From: a virus
Lineage: Duplodnaviria; Caudoviricetes
Virus record (IMG/VR): IMGVR_UViG_3300044504_000062
Coordinates: 1 to 37,190 of that record
Direction: 5' to 3' (one strand)
DNA length: 37,190 nt
The notes beneath the pieces were generated by a model that made no database searches, had not been told where the DNA came from, and saw only the letters and a program-made list of their open reading frames with translations. Shown here in pieces: positions 1 through 9,365 of this stretch (position 1 is its first letter; every line of letters starts with the position of its first letter). A program made the translations under genes and the position numbers.

Positions 1-2287
1 CCAGGTCATTTGCCGGGCCATACCACAGCTCGGTGCGCTGGGTGTCTTCGGCGCCAGCAGGAAAGCCCCACTTGATGCCGATGCCGAACAGTTCGCTGGT
101 CGTGGTCAGGAACGCCACCGCCGGCGGTAGGCCGACCTTACCTTCCAGGTTGGTCAGGTTTGAGCTCTTCCAGATCGAGGAGATATCGAAGGCGCTCACC
201 GCGCGGACACGGGCTACATAGGCGCCAGCGTAGATGCCCACCACGTCAACGTTGGTCATGCCCGTGCGCAGCAGCTTGACCCAGTTCCCGCTGTCCTTGC
301 GCCACTCGATATCGTAGCCCACCGCGCCATCAACGCCCGGCCAGCTTATTGTCATCGTCGCAACAGCCAACCCCTGCACCACAGACGAAGATACGGCAAG
401 CGAAACGCTCGTTGGCGCAGGAACAACAGTGATCGGGATCGCGCTGGTTGGACGCTCCTCGAGCCGAGCGCCAGTGTCGATGCGAGCAAACTTGCTTGGC
501 TCGAACTGCAACGCGCTGATTTCAAAGTCACCCTCTGCGGTACGTTTTGTACGCAATACTCGATACAGCGGAATTGCGAGTTCATCAGCGTCAAGAGCCC
601 ATTGAAGCTGCGCAATAGGCGGCTCGCTATAGTCCACGGTGACGGTTACGTCACGCCCGGTTACGCTTTGCACGGTCCGACCTTCAGCGCGGCCGCCTGG
701 CAGGTTGATTATCAGCCGATCTCCTGGCTTGGCCTGAGTATCGCGATCAAGTCTAACAACGCGGCCAGCTACCGCTGCGATGCGGCCGCCAACTTCGCGG
801 CCAGCGAGCAACGAATCCGCCACCGGGATGATGTGCCCCGGTAGCGGAATGACTCCCTCCATGCCGGTCTTGAACGATACAGTGCGGTCTTGGTTGTTGC
901 TCAAGATCGCCCACTTGCCGCGGCGCTGAGCCTCAGAGGCGCGGGTGCAGCCAATAGCGCTCAGCTCGGTCGGCCGGTCGCCGTAGCGGCGCTGTAGATC
1001 CAGATCTGCGAACGGAATGACGTCGGTGTCGTAGTTGTTGGCTGGGTTGTCGTAACTGACCAGTGCCCGGGTGTACCGGGTTTTCGCCGAGGCACTGCCA
1101 TAAGAAAATTTTCCGTCAATGACGTTGGTGCGGGTGAACACGTAGTCGAAATCCTGCGCACGCGGCATGTCTGCCTGCATCACCAGCTGGCCCTGCGCCC
1201 AATACGTCATGCCCCGATAAATCGCCGAGATATCGCGCAGTAGCGACCAGGCATCGGCCTTGCCCTGCAGGTTCATGTCGCAAAGGAAACGTGGCTCCTG
1301 ACCGCCCAAGCCATTCGGCACCAGTTGATCGCAGTACTGGGCGATCCGGTACAGCTCCCATTTGTCGACCATGAACGGCTTGATGCGCTTGCCAAGGCCG
1401 AATCGATCCTCGGTACAGATTCCGTAGGTAATCCACGCCGGATTGTTCGTCCAGGCAGATTTCATGGTGCCGTCCCAGGTGCCGCTGTACGTACGCTGGA
1501 TTGGGTCGTAGTTGCTCGGTACCATCCACCGCCGCGCATTGCACTCCACGGTGACGGATGGGATGTTGGTGAACTGCTCGGCGTCAAACTCGATGTAGAG
1601 CAGAGCGGTGTTCGGGTAGCGAAGCTTGGCGTCGATCACTTCAGTGATGCCGGCGATCAGCATGGTGTCTGCGACCTTGTTGCTGTTCTGGTTCGGCGTC
1701 AGGCGGCGTATACGGATCTGCCAGCCCGTGGTGGCGTCTGGCAGGTCGATGCGGCGCGAGCGCTCGTAACGCGTCGTGGTCTTGCCGTCAACAGCATCTT
1801 GGTAGACCTGCTGGTAGGCCCCGCCGTCTGTGGCCAAGTCAATCGCGTAATCAATGCGGTACCCGACCACATTGCCTTCGTCATCCTGGCGCTGCAGGGC
1901 CGGCCACGCGAAACGAATGCGTACCGCTGACAACTGGGTGTTGGTGATCGAGCGAACCCAGGGCGAATCACTACGCAACTCAACGTTCAACGACGTTTCG
2001 TTTTCAACGGCTGGAATGCCGGGGATATAGGTCTGGTCCACCGAGCCTGGGCGCCAGTCCCACTTCACGTTCGGGAAGTTGTAGTTGCTGCTGGCATCCC
2101 GGATCGGGGTGTTGTCCAAGTAGATGTTGTAGTCGGTTGGGGTTTCGTCAAACTCACCCTCGCCCACGGCGATAAGCAGTTTTGCCAGGTTGGTCGAGCG
2201 CAAACTGTCGCTAGCTTCGGTTGGCGACTTCGGCTTGCTGCTGCCGCCCTTTTCGCCGTGAACATCGATCGTTGCAACTGAGCCCAT
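1..2287 (-). CDS. Tail tip / host-specificity protein (lambda J-like), N-terminal part; runs off the left edge
   Basis: ATG at 2287 with GGAGG SD; translates MGSVATIDVHGEKGGSSKPKSP..., with WTNNPAW and fibronectin-like segments typical of J; follows I. Missing from ORF track because it has no stop in the window. Confidence 0.92.
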   Translation of the reverse strand, partial: MGSVATIDVHGEKGGSSKPKSPTEASDSLRSTNLAKLLIAVGEGEFDETPTDYNIYLDNTPIRDASSNYNFPNVKWDWRPGSVDQTYIPGIPAVENETSLNVELRSDSPWVRSITNTQLSAVRIRFAWPALQRQDDEGNVVGYRIDYAIDLATDGGAYQQVYQDAVDGKTTTRYERSRRIDLPDATTGWQIRIRRLTPNQNSNKVADTMLIAGITEVIDAKLRYPNTALLYIEFDAEQFTNIPSVTVECNARRWMVPSNYDPIQRTYSGTWDGTMKSAWTNNPAWITYGICTEDRFGLGKRIKPFMVDKWELYRIAQYCDQLVPNGLGGQEPRFLCDMNLQGKADAWSLLRDISAIYRGMTYWAQGQLVMQADMPRAQDFDYVFTRTNVIDGKFSYGSASAKTRYTRALVSYDNPANNYDTDVIPFADLDLQRRYGDRPTELSAIGCTRASEAQRRGKWAILSNNQDRTVSFKTGMEGVIPLPGHIIPVADSLLAGREVGGRIAAVAGRVVRLDRDTQAKPGDRLIINLPGGRAEGRTVQSVTGRDVTVTVDYSEPPIAQLQWALDADELAIPLYRVLRTKRTAEGDFEISALQFEPSKFARIDTGARLEERPTSAIPITVVPAPTSVSLAVSSSVVQGLAVATMTISWPGVDGAVGYDIEWRKDSGNWVKLLRTGMTNVDVVGIYAGAYVARVRAVSAFDISSIWKSSNLTNLEGKVGLPPAVAFLTTTSELFGIGIKWGFPAGAEDTQRTELWYGPANDL

Positions 2288-2301
2288 GCTTTCCTCCAGG
2301 C

Positions 2302-2326
2302 AAAAAAAACCGCCTATTGGGCGGTT
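2302..2326 (-). terminator. Intrinsic terminator between I and J
   Basis: AACCGCC-tattg-GGCGGTT hairpin with A-run on + (U-run on -). Confidence 0.7.
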
Positions 2327-2344
2327 GGTGTGACGCTGTAGTAG

Positions 2345-2938
2345 TTACGCCCTGTCTTCGGCATAGATTGATGCTGAGATGATCATTCCGCCCCAGCGGC
2401 GTCTGCCGATGCAGATCGGGACAGGGTTTCCGCTGGCCGTGGTGTTCTTGGCAGACCCGAAGGCGTAGCTGGGCATATTTTCCGGCGAAGCGCTTTGCTT
2501 TAGGCCCGATGCTTGGGGGCTGAGCATTTGGATTACCCCGCCAAGCGCCAATGACGCACCGAGCGACTGCCCCCAGCCCTGCATACCAGGGATGAAAAAA
2601 GAAGCGACGAAGATCACTGTGCCTATAATGGTTTGCAGCAGTCCAGCGCGCTTGCTGCCGCCCACAACAGGGATAATGCGCACCTCTTTGACTCCACCAA
2701 GATCAAAATCACCTACACCGACATTCCTCTTATTCCGGAAGATGGCGAATCTCATTCCAAGCAGATCCAGCCGCCGAATTTCTTCAGTGAATCCTGGGAT
2801 CGTAGCCTTCAGCGCGGCAAATGCCTCATTCACGCTACCACTATCCAAAAGGCGTCGATGAAGCCTACCAAAGCGCCGCGCCAAAGGTCCTGACAGCTTA
2901 ATTGATGTCATCGGCGAGTAATGCGTAACTGCGGACAT
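2345..2938 (-). CDS. Tail assembly protein (lambda I-like, ubiquitin-like fold)
   Basis: IKLSGPL...VRIIPVVGGSK, hydrophobic Gly-rich middle, SYAFGS...GNPVPICIG; position before J. Confidence 0.92.
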   Translation of the reverse strand: MSAVTHYSPMTSIKLSGPLARRFGRLHRRLLDSGSVNEAFAALKATIPGFTEEIRRLDLLGMRFAIFRNKRNVGVGDFDLGGVKEVRIIPVVGGSKRAGLLQTIIGTVIFVASFFIPGMQGWGQSLGASLALGGVIQMLSPQASGLKQSASPENMPSYAFGSAKNTTASGNPVPICIGRRRWGGMIISASIYAEDRA

Positions 2939-2955
2939 TAGTTTCCTCCAGGCAA

Positions 2956-2977
2956 TAAAAAAGCCGCCAAATGGCGG
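2956..2977 (-). terminator. Intrinsic terminator downstream of the lipoprotein pair
   Basis: GCCGCC-aaat-GGCGGC hairpin with A-run on + strand. Confidence 0.65.
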
Positions 2978-2996
2978 CCGTATTTCGTTCGATTAC

Positions 2997-3362
2997 TTAG
3001 AGACAGGCCTTAACAGCAGCTTCGATAGCACTTCGTCCAATGCCAGGCATCCACGCCACCCGTTGATAAAATACAACCGAGCTGCCGTATGAGGTTTTCT
3101 TTACTTCGAGCAACTCATCGGTCATTTGCATCGCGCTTATCACTAACCTGTAGCCGTTCTCAGTTTCTGATATCACCGCCTCAGATCGGGCGTCCTGCCA
3201 TTTTGGAAAAACACATAACGCATAGCGCTCTGGATCCTTTGATGTAGATAAGCTAAAGCTAGGACTATTTTTTTCAAGGTCGCTCGGTGAAACGCAACCA
3301 ACCAGTAACCACCCAGCAATCAAGAATGCTAAAAACACCCTAAAGTTAGACAATCTCATCAT
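2997..3362 (-). CDS. Small lipoprotein (moron)
   Basis: Signal peptide with lipobox LVG/C; AT-rich; overlaps upstream stop (ATGA). Confidence 0.8.
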   Translation of the reverse strand: MMRLSNFRVFLAFLIAGWLLVGCVSPSDLEKNSPSFSLSTSKDPERYALCVFPKWQDARSEAVISETENGYRLVISAMQMTDELLEVKKTSYGSSVVFYQRVAWMPGIGRSAIEAAVKACL

Positions 3363-3946
3363 TGAAAACTGTCATATACGTACTTATGATTTAGCGGCTC
3401 AGACTTTTTGTAAGCGTCCTGCCAATCTTTCGCATATATAGAGAAGGTTTGTATCTTTTCAATTTTCCAACCGCTAGTCACATCCACGCGTTCAAGGATG
3501 TATTTAAACTGTTCACCAGCCTCTTTTACCTTTCGATCTTCATCGGTAAGAGTTGCCCCAACCTGAGGAGGAGATGAATTCTTTATTAAAGCAACAACAA
3601 CTGCACGAGTATCAGACTCAACTTGAACTTTAGTGATCTGCCTATCGAAGCTTACGACCATCGTCTCACATTCAGCTTCATGATTGAAATTACTAGCAGC
3701 TAGCGCTTTAAACTTATCCAAATAAGGCTTTCTGAGATCTATTATTTTTGGACATATTTCTTGATTAACGCGCATAGATGCATCTTTTAACGCCCACCAA
3801 GATTTTACCGTTGCATCTGGAGAGTTAGTTGCCAACTTCATCTCATTAACATTTTTTGTTGCAGCCCCTGCCGATGTTGAAATATCTGTCTGTTCAAAAC
3901 ACCCGGTCAGCATAAGCGCTAGGGATACACCTAAAATCACTCTCAT
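3359..3946 (-). CDS. Lipoprotein of unknown function (moron)
   Basis: Start revised to ATG 3946 (AGGAG SD); MRVILGVSLALMLTG/C lipobox; visibly AT-rich. Confidence 0.8.
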   Translation of the reverse strand: MRVILGVSLALMLTGCFEQTDISTSAGAATKNVNEMKLATNSPDATVKSWWALKDASMRVNQEICPKIIDLRKPYLDKFKALAASNFNHEAECETMVVSFDRQITKVQVESDTRAVVVALIKNSSPPQVGATLTDEDRKVKEAGEQFKYILERVDVTSGWKIEKIQTFSIYAKDWQDAYKKSEPLNHKYVYDSFQ

Positions 3947-3978
3947 CTGGTCACTCCTGTGAAAATCAGGTAACCATA

Positions 3979-4734
3979 TCACTGAGCGTCTCTATGGCGA
4001 AGAGTCATACGCACTCGTTGAAGCCACGGCCCACCGAAAACGATTATTTCCGATGGCCTGCCGTACAGGTGGTGCAACAAGAACGGGCCGGGGCCGAAGG
4101 TCGATGCGTCCTCACCGGGCAGCGCCGGATCGGCGCTGAGGAAAATGCCGGCATGATTTGGGTAAACCGTCCGCCCCACCTCCATCACGATCATGTCGCC
4201 GCGCTGCGGCTGGTCGACCCGATAGAAGCCGGCGGCCTCGTAGTTCGATTCATACAAGCTGGTGTTGTCCTTGTTCTCCCACCAGCCATCGGCGCGCTTG
4301 AAGGCTTTGAACTCTAGCCCCCATTCGCGCTTGTACCAGTCAGCGCAGACTTGCCAGCAATCCCACGCGCCGTGCACGAAAGGCCGCTTCAGCAGCGGCA
4401 CCTCGCCGGACGGCATGACCGTACGCAGATCGCCTTCGGGCCAGCTCAGGATGTGCCAGGGCAACGCAGTCGCTTCGCACATGGCCAGGTCGCGCGGTGA
4501 CGGCCGGCTGGTAGCATCTGGATGCGAATGCACAATGCCGATCACCTCGCCGATATCCTCAGCCGTGGCGTACTCCTCCGGGTCGATGCGAAACTCCTCG
4601 TTCGGCTCGGTCGCGACGTTATCGCAAGGGAAATACTGCTGTTTGCGCCCAACGGCCAAAAGCAACCCGCAGCACTCTTTCGGGTACTCTGTAGCTGCAT
4701 GCGCCTGGATCGCGGTAATGATGTGTTTGCGCAT
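3979..4734 (-). CDS. Tail assembly protein K (JAB/MPN + NlpC/P60)
   Basis: ECCG, HSHP..PS..D JAB motif; DCW and NHAGI/LHH NlpC motifs. Confidence 0.94.
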   Translation of the reverse strand: MRKHIITAIQAHAATEYPKECCGLLLAVGRKQQYFPCDNVATEPNEEFRIDPEEYATAEDIGEVIGIVHSHPDATSRPSPRDLAMCEATALPWHILSWPEGDLRTVMPSGEVPLLKRPFVHGAWDCWQVCADWYKREWGLEFKAFKRADGWWENKDNTSLYESNYEAAGFYRVDQPQRGDMIVMEVGRTVYPNHAGIFLSADPALPGEDASTFGPGPFLLHHLYGRPSEIIVFGGPWLQRVRMTLRHRDAQ

Positions 4735-4736
4735 TT

Positions 4737-5486
4737 TCAGCTCCTGCTGATCAATGAAACAGCGGGAAACCCACCGAACGGCAGAGGGTTACCTTCGCCG
4801 AAGCGAGGGGTGCAGCCCTTGCCCAACGTGGCATCACATTCATCCAGTTCGGGATTGTCGGTGATGACACCGTCCTTCGTAACATGCGGACCGGTATAGC
4901 CGCAGTTTGGCCCGCGATAGCCGCCGGTGAGGCACCAGTGGCATAGGGTCGTGGCTTGTCGGCCGATAGACTCATTGCCAACGTCGCCAGGGCTCGCCAG
5001 CTCCCAGCTAACCGTTTCCCCGTCTTCATTCGTTTTCTGGTCGATATACCAGACCTCGATCGTCTCTTGGTTTGGGTCGGCTGTTGGGTTGCCGGCTGGA
5101 AAATTAGCAGCATCAAGGTAAGTGCCCAGCGTGTGCCGCATCGTCAGCTTGAACTCGAGTAGATCCTCGAACGCAAGACAGAGCGCTGTGATCCGCCCGT
5201 TGACGTTGCCCACCGATAGCGTTGGACGAACTGCCGTACCGTCGCCGTTTGCCTCGATGCCGTCGATCTGCATCGGCCAGGCGCCATACTCCTCGCCCTG
5301 CCAGTAGATCGCCTTCGCCGGTAGTTGGTCAGCATCGGCACCAGCGGCGATCAATTCGTCCGCCGTGTACGGGATCGCATGCCCATGGAAGCGCAGGACG
5401 TCCGCACCGTAGTCCGCCCCATCCAATTCAAAGAGCAACACTTCACTGCCAGGCTCAAGAGTCTGGATATTACTTATCAGTGGCAT
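4737..5486 (-). CDS. Minor tail protein L
   Basis: Cys motif C-x-W...YRG..C.Y...C......C; FGGFP C-terminus; synteny. Confidence 0.94.
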   Translation of the reverse strand: MPLISNIQTLEPGSEVLLFELDGADYGADVLRFHGHAIPYTADELIAAGADADQLPAKAIYWQGEEYGAWPMQIDGIEANGDGTAVRPTLSVGNVNGRITALCLAFEDLLEFKLTMRHTLGTYLDAANFPAGNPTADPNQETIEVWYIDQKTNEDGETVSWELASPGDVGNESIGRQATTLCHWCLTGGYRGPNCGYTGPHVTKDGVITDNPELDECDATLGKGCTPRFGEGNPLPFGGFPAVSLISRS

Positions 5487-5495
5487 GATTCCCCC

Positions 5496-5834
5496 TTATG
5501 GAAGAAACGATTGGGTGAAGGTAGTGGTCAGGGTGAACATCCCGGCACCGTTCGGGCTTACCGCCGGAGCAGTTGCCCTAAAAAAAGAGAGCTCACCCAG
5601 CGGCGGCGTCCAGAAGAAAGACTTATGACCAGCGTGCCGATCAAGAAATGCCTTGATCTGTATGGCGATCGCCTCCTTTACAACGAACGTAAGCGGCCAG
5701 GAATCGACCTTGTTATTCGGCCCGTCGCCAACGACTTGCTCGTAGCCGTTTCCGAATTTCGAAGATCGATTCCGGTATTCCGGCAGGCTGGTGGCCGAGA
5801 TCATCGGGCACCAGCCAAAGGTTTCAACGGCCAT
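5496..5834 (-). CDS. Minor tail protein M (distal tail)
   Basis: FGNGYEQ, FLDRHAG, FFWTPP motifs. Confidence 0.93.
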   Translation of the reverse strand: MAVETFGWCPMISATSLPEYRNRSSKFGNGYEQVVGDGPNNKVDSWPLTFVVKEAIAIQIKAFLDRHAGHKSFFWTPPLGELSFFRATAPAVSPNGAGMFTLTTTFTQSFLP

Positions 5835-8685
5835 TCACGAGCCTCCAGATTTGTCCGCCAGGCTGAGATTCCTTGGCAATTTCCGCTTGAGCTCCACGAC
5901 GTGCTACATCCGCATAAGCCTGACCAAGTGCCTGCGTGTCTTGCTGCGAAGTACCTCCGTCGGCGCCTTGAACTTGGAACGATTGCTGGATCACAACGCC
6001 TCCTACCGCCGAAGTTTTCGCGGCAGAATCTCCAGACAAGCCAACGTAGCCACCATCTGCGTAGCCACGCTTATTCAGACTGACCAAGTAGTCCTTCATG
6101 CCAGGCTGATCCACCACTTCCTTACGGATCACAACCTCGCCGCCGTGAACGATGCCGGCAGGCTCGTACTTCCCGCCTTGGCCGGTGTAGCCGCCCTCGT
6201 CGAAATACTGGGAGGTGTACCCAGCAGCGGTACTGCCAAGTGAAGCAGTTGCAGAGCCCCCGCCGCCGAAGGCACTTCCGATCACAGCGCTGAGCCCACT
6301 GCCCGCAATGCTGCTGAAGACGTTTGATGCTGCCGACTGCAACGCCATCTTAGCGATCATCTTGGCAAAACTCTTTGCGACATCACTGAAGCTCTGATCA
6401 GCACCGAACGCCCAATCAACCGCTGCATCCGTCAGGCCGTCGTACAGCGACGTGAATGCCGACCGCGCCTGACCTGCCACATCCTTGGCCTGGTCCAGGT
6501 AGTTCTGAAACGCAGAGGAGGCCCCCAGCGTCCAATCACTCCGTGCCTGATCCTCGTCCTCGTAATACTTGCTTTGCATCGCCAGGCGCTGGTCAAGCGC
6601 GGACCTTAGGGCCTGGGTTTCCTTGTCATACAGTTCGGTGCTGAACTGGTCCTTGCTGCTCTTGTTGTAGTCCGAGGTCAGCTTGTCCATTTGCGACTGA
6701 TAGGACTGCTGAATGCTCAGTTGCGCCTGCAGGCGCTTGGCCTGCTCATCGCCCATGCCGATCCCGGCGAGGTTGTTGTCCAGGCCTTGCTGAGCACTGG
6801 ACAGTTGGCTTTTCAGGTTTTCATCGAAAGCCGCGAGCTTACGGCGTGTTTCCAACCCCTTTTCACGCAACGTGTTCTCGGTTTCGAGTGCGGCATTGCG
6901 CTTGAGCTGAGCAGTGATCAGGTCTTGGTTTGCCAGCAGCGATTTTTGGTCAGCCGTGAGGGTCTGTTTCCCCTTGATGTCCGCCAGCTGCTGCTCCCAC
7001 TCGACCAGCTTTTTCGCACTCGCCCCAAGTGTCTGGCTTGCCGCCGACTGATCCCCAATAAGGGCATTCTGCTGCTGGAGAACAGCGTATTGCTGTTTGG
7101 CCTGATCAAGCGCCTTGATCCCTGCATCCTCACGGTACTGCGGCGTTTTTTCGGCCTTGGGGTCCTTGTACTTGTCGTTGATATTGGCAATATCTTTCGC
7201 CTGCTGATCTGGGGATATCAGCAGCGACTTATCGCCCGATGCACGCGCCTGGATGATTCGGCGCTCTACCAGCAGCCGGTAGTCACCCAGCTCACGAGCG
7301 CGTTTGTCGGCGTTGGTTTCGGTATCTCTGCGCAGCTTGTCCAGAGAGACCTGGTCCGTGAGCGCCTGCTGTTGCTGTTGCTGCTGGAAGCCTCGGGCAG
7401 CGGCGCGGCGGTCCTCTTCAGCCTTCAACACCAGTTTCTGGGTCTTCTCAGCCTCCAATGCGTCGACGCGAAAGCTATCGTCGGGCACAAGGTTGCTGAA
7501 ACCGTCGCCCTTGTTCAGCTTTCGCGCATTGGAAATATCATTGAGCTGCTTGTCCAGCGCTGCGATCTGCTGGTCCAGCGTGTCTTCGCGACCGATGTTG
7601 AGTGCAGCATCCCAGGCGCCTTTGGCCGCGTTTTTGACGGAGTTCCAACTGGTCTCAAGGTAACCGAGGTTCTGCTTGATGGACGTGGAAGTGCGGTTCA
7701 GGCCATCCTCATAAGCTGCCGTTGCTGCTGCGGCGGCTTCCTGGGTTTTCCCCTGTTCCTGCAGCGACTTGATGTGCTCGTACGTGGTCGCGGTCAGGAA
7801 ATTCATCGACTCATTGAGCTTCAGAATCTCAGCTACTGGGTCCTTCGCAATCTTTTCGAAGTTTTTTACCGTTTCCTCGGCCGCCTGCCCTGTGGCCGAC
7901 TCGTACTTTATCGCCGCCTCAGCGATACCCTCAAACGCCTGTATTGGAATACGCGTAGAGGTCGCCAACTGCGCCAGAACGCCAGAGGCTTTGCCGACCG
8001 TGCCACTGGACTGCGCGATTTGCTGAGCCAGCGTAGAAAGCTGACCGGCGGTGGTGCCTACGGTATTCCCGGTCATCGCCAGCGAGGTGTTGTAAGCCGT
8101 AGCTTCGTCACTGCCCTGCTTGTAGGCCAAAGCCAGTACAGCGGCCGCTGCGGCGGCGACCGTGAAAGGATTTACCAGGCCGAGGATGTATCCGCCCAGG
8201 GCCTTTGCAGCGGGTACAACACCGCCGAACATATCCTTGAGTTGGCCACCCTGCTGCAAGAACACCGTCATGGGGTTCTGCCCGGACTGCAGTGATACGG
8301 CGATGTCGGTGAACTGTGGCGGTATTCCTCGAAGGCTGGATGCGTATTGCTTTGCAGTTTGCCCATTCTTGAGCATTACCTTGTCGGTCTGCTCAATCGC
8401 CGCGCGCTGCTCGTCCAGCTTCTTTTTGTACACATCAAAATCAGTAGTTTGGAGCCTGCCAGCTTTCCGGTGGGCCTGGAGCTGCTCTTCCATTTTGTCG
8501 AGGCGACTGTATGCCGCCACGACAGGATCGATGCGACCAACGAGCTTATCCAGCTGACCAGCCTGATACGCGGCTTCCTTGGTTGCAGACTTGAGCGAAC
8601 GCTGGGCACGGTCCATACCCTTTTCAAAGCCGCCAGTGTTGGCCACCAGATCGACCGTCAGTTGGCCAAGTGAATCAACAGCCAT
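5824..8685 (-). CDS. Tail tape measure protein (953 aa)
   Basis: Long Ala/Gln-rich helical protein; LQQGGQLKDMFGG; C-terminal GGYTG.GGKYEPAGIVH.GE. Confidence 0.96.
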   Translation of the reverse strand: MAVDSLGQLTVDLVANTGGFEKGMDRAQRSLKSATKEAAYQAGQLDKLVGRIDPVVAAYSRLDKMEEQLQAHRKAGRLQTTDFDVYKKKLDEQRAAIEQTDKVMLKNGQTAKQYASSLRGIPPQFTDIAVSLQSGQNPMTVFLQQGGQLKDMFGGVVPAAKALGGYILGLVNPFTVAAAAAAVLALAYKQGSDEATAYNTSLAMTGNTVGTTAGQLSTLAQQIAQSSGTVGKASGVLAQLATSTRIPIQAFEGIAEAAIKYESATGQAAEETVKNFEKIAKDPVAEILKLNESMNFLTATTYEHIKSLQEQGKTQEAAAAATAAYEDGLNRTSTSIKQNLGYLETSWNSVKNAAKGAWDAALNIGREDTLDQQIAALDKQLNDISNARKLNKGDGFSNLVPDDSFRVDALEAEKTQKLVLKAEEDRRAAARGFQQQQQQQALTDQVSLDKLRRDTETNADKRARELGDYRLLVERRIIQARASGDKSLLISPDQQAKDIANINDKYKDPKAEKTPQYREDAGIKALDQAKQQYAVLQQQNALIGDQSAASQTLGASAKKLVEWEQQLADIKGKQTLTADQKSLLANQDLITAQLKRNAALETENTLREKGLETRRKLAAFDENLKSQLSSAQQGLDNNLAGIGMGDEQAKRLQAQLSIQQSYQSQMDKLTSDYNKSSKDQFSTELYDKETQALRSALDQRLAMQSKYYEDEDQARSDWTLGASSAFQNYLDQAKDVAGQARSAFTSLYDGLTDAAVDWAFGADQSFSDVAKSFAKMIAKMALQSAASNVFSSIAGSGLSAVIGSAFGGGGSATASLGSTAAGYTSQYFDEGGYTGQGGKYEPAGIVHGGEVVIRKEVVDQPGMKDYLVSLNKRGYADGGYVGLSGDSAAKTSAVGGVVIQQSFQVQGADGGTSQQDTQALGQAYADVARRGAQAEIAKESQPGGQIWRLVNGR

Positions 8686-8688
8686 AAA

Positions 8689-9356
8689 TCACCTCTTGAC
8701 CGACTGCAGCAGCCTGAATAGATCCTGCGCAGACGACTCAGCCTCATCAACCACCTCACCGCGCTTTGGCAGGAAGTCGTCAAAATCGGCCTTTCCGCCG
8801 TGCACGTTGTTGAGGATGGTGGCAAGCAGGGCAAAACCCCGCTCCATTCTCAGGCCAGGGTTAAGGGTTCCGTTCTGCTCGACGTACGCCATCCACGAAA
8901 GCCACTCGTTGTAGGTCAGATTGGCTTTCGCTTCGGCGATGGTTCGCCCGCCGATTCCGTTAAGCACCAACTCGTGCCAGAACTCTTCGGCGGGCCCTAT
9001 TTTTTTGGCTTTTCGCCCTGGCCTGCACCGTTCGCTTCAGAAATAGCGTTGAGCAGAACAATGGTCAGTTCTGCGGACAGAGGGCCGTGCCCGGACGCCT
9101 CCGAGCCCACCACATCCTCAACGGTGAACACCGGGGTTCCGTCTTTCTTGAGGACGTTGGCCGCGATCCGGGTCGCGAGGAAGTCCGCGCCCTTGTCCTG
9201 CTCTTTCCAGCGCTCGGTCAGCTCCACAAACGATTCTTGCCGGATGTAGATGGTTGCTTTCTGCGGCTTGCCGCTAGAGTGCCAGGTGATGTCCTTCTTG
9301 ACTGGCGGCGGGGAGAACGCTCCGGCGGCCTTCAAAGCCTGAATACTGAGATCCAT
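8689..9356 (-). CDS. Tail assembly chaperone GT (programmed -1 frameshift fusion)
   Basis: A AAA AAA slippery site at 9006-9000; the -1 frame reads ...KKIGPAEEFWHELVLNGIGG, continuous with ORF 8689..8970. Confidence 0.85.
8997..9356 (-). CDS. Tail assembly chaperone G
   Basis: Between tail tube and tape measure; ends in CCA AAA AAA TAG. Confidence 0.88.
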   Translation of the reverse strand: MDLSIQALKAAGAFSPPPVKKDITWHSSGKPQKATIYIRQESFVELTERWKEQDKGADFLATRIAANVLKKDGTPVFTVEDVVGSEASGHGPLSAELTIVLLNAISEANGAGQGEKPKK

Positions 9357-9365
9357 GTTTTTTCC

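Noticed and set aside
7366-7386. Poly-Gln tract in tape measure
   Set aside because: Mixed CAG/CAA codons, in frame; ordinary coiled-coil composition
6691-8295. 534-aa plus-strand ORF (also 9087..10154, 11896..13218, 20164..21168)
   Set aside because: Antisense shadows of well-supported minus-strand genes, expected with GC-rich codon usage
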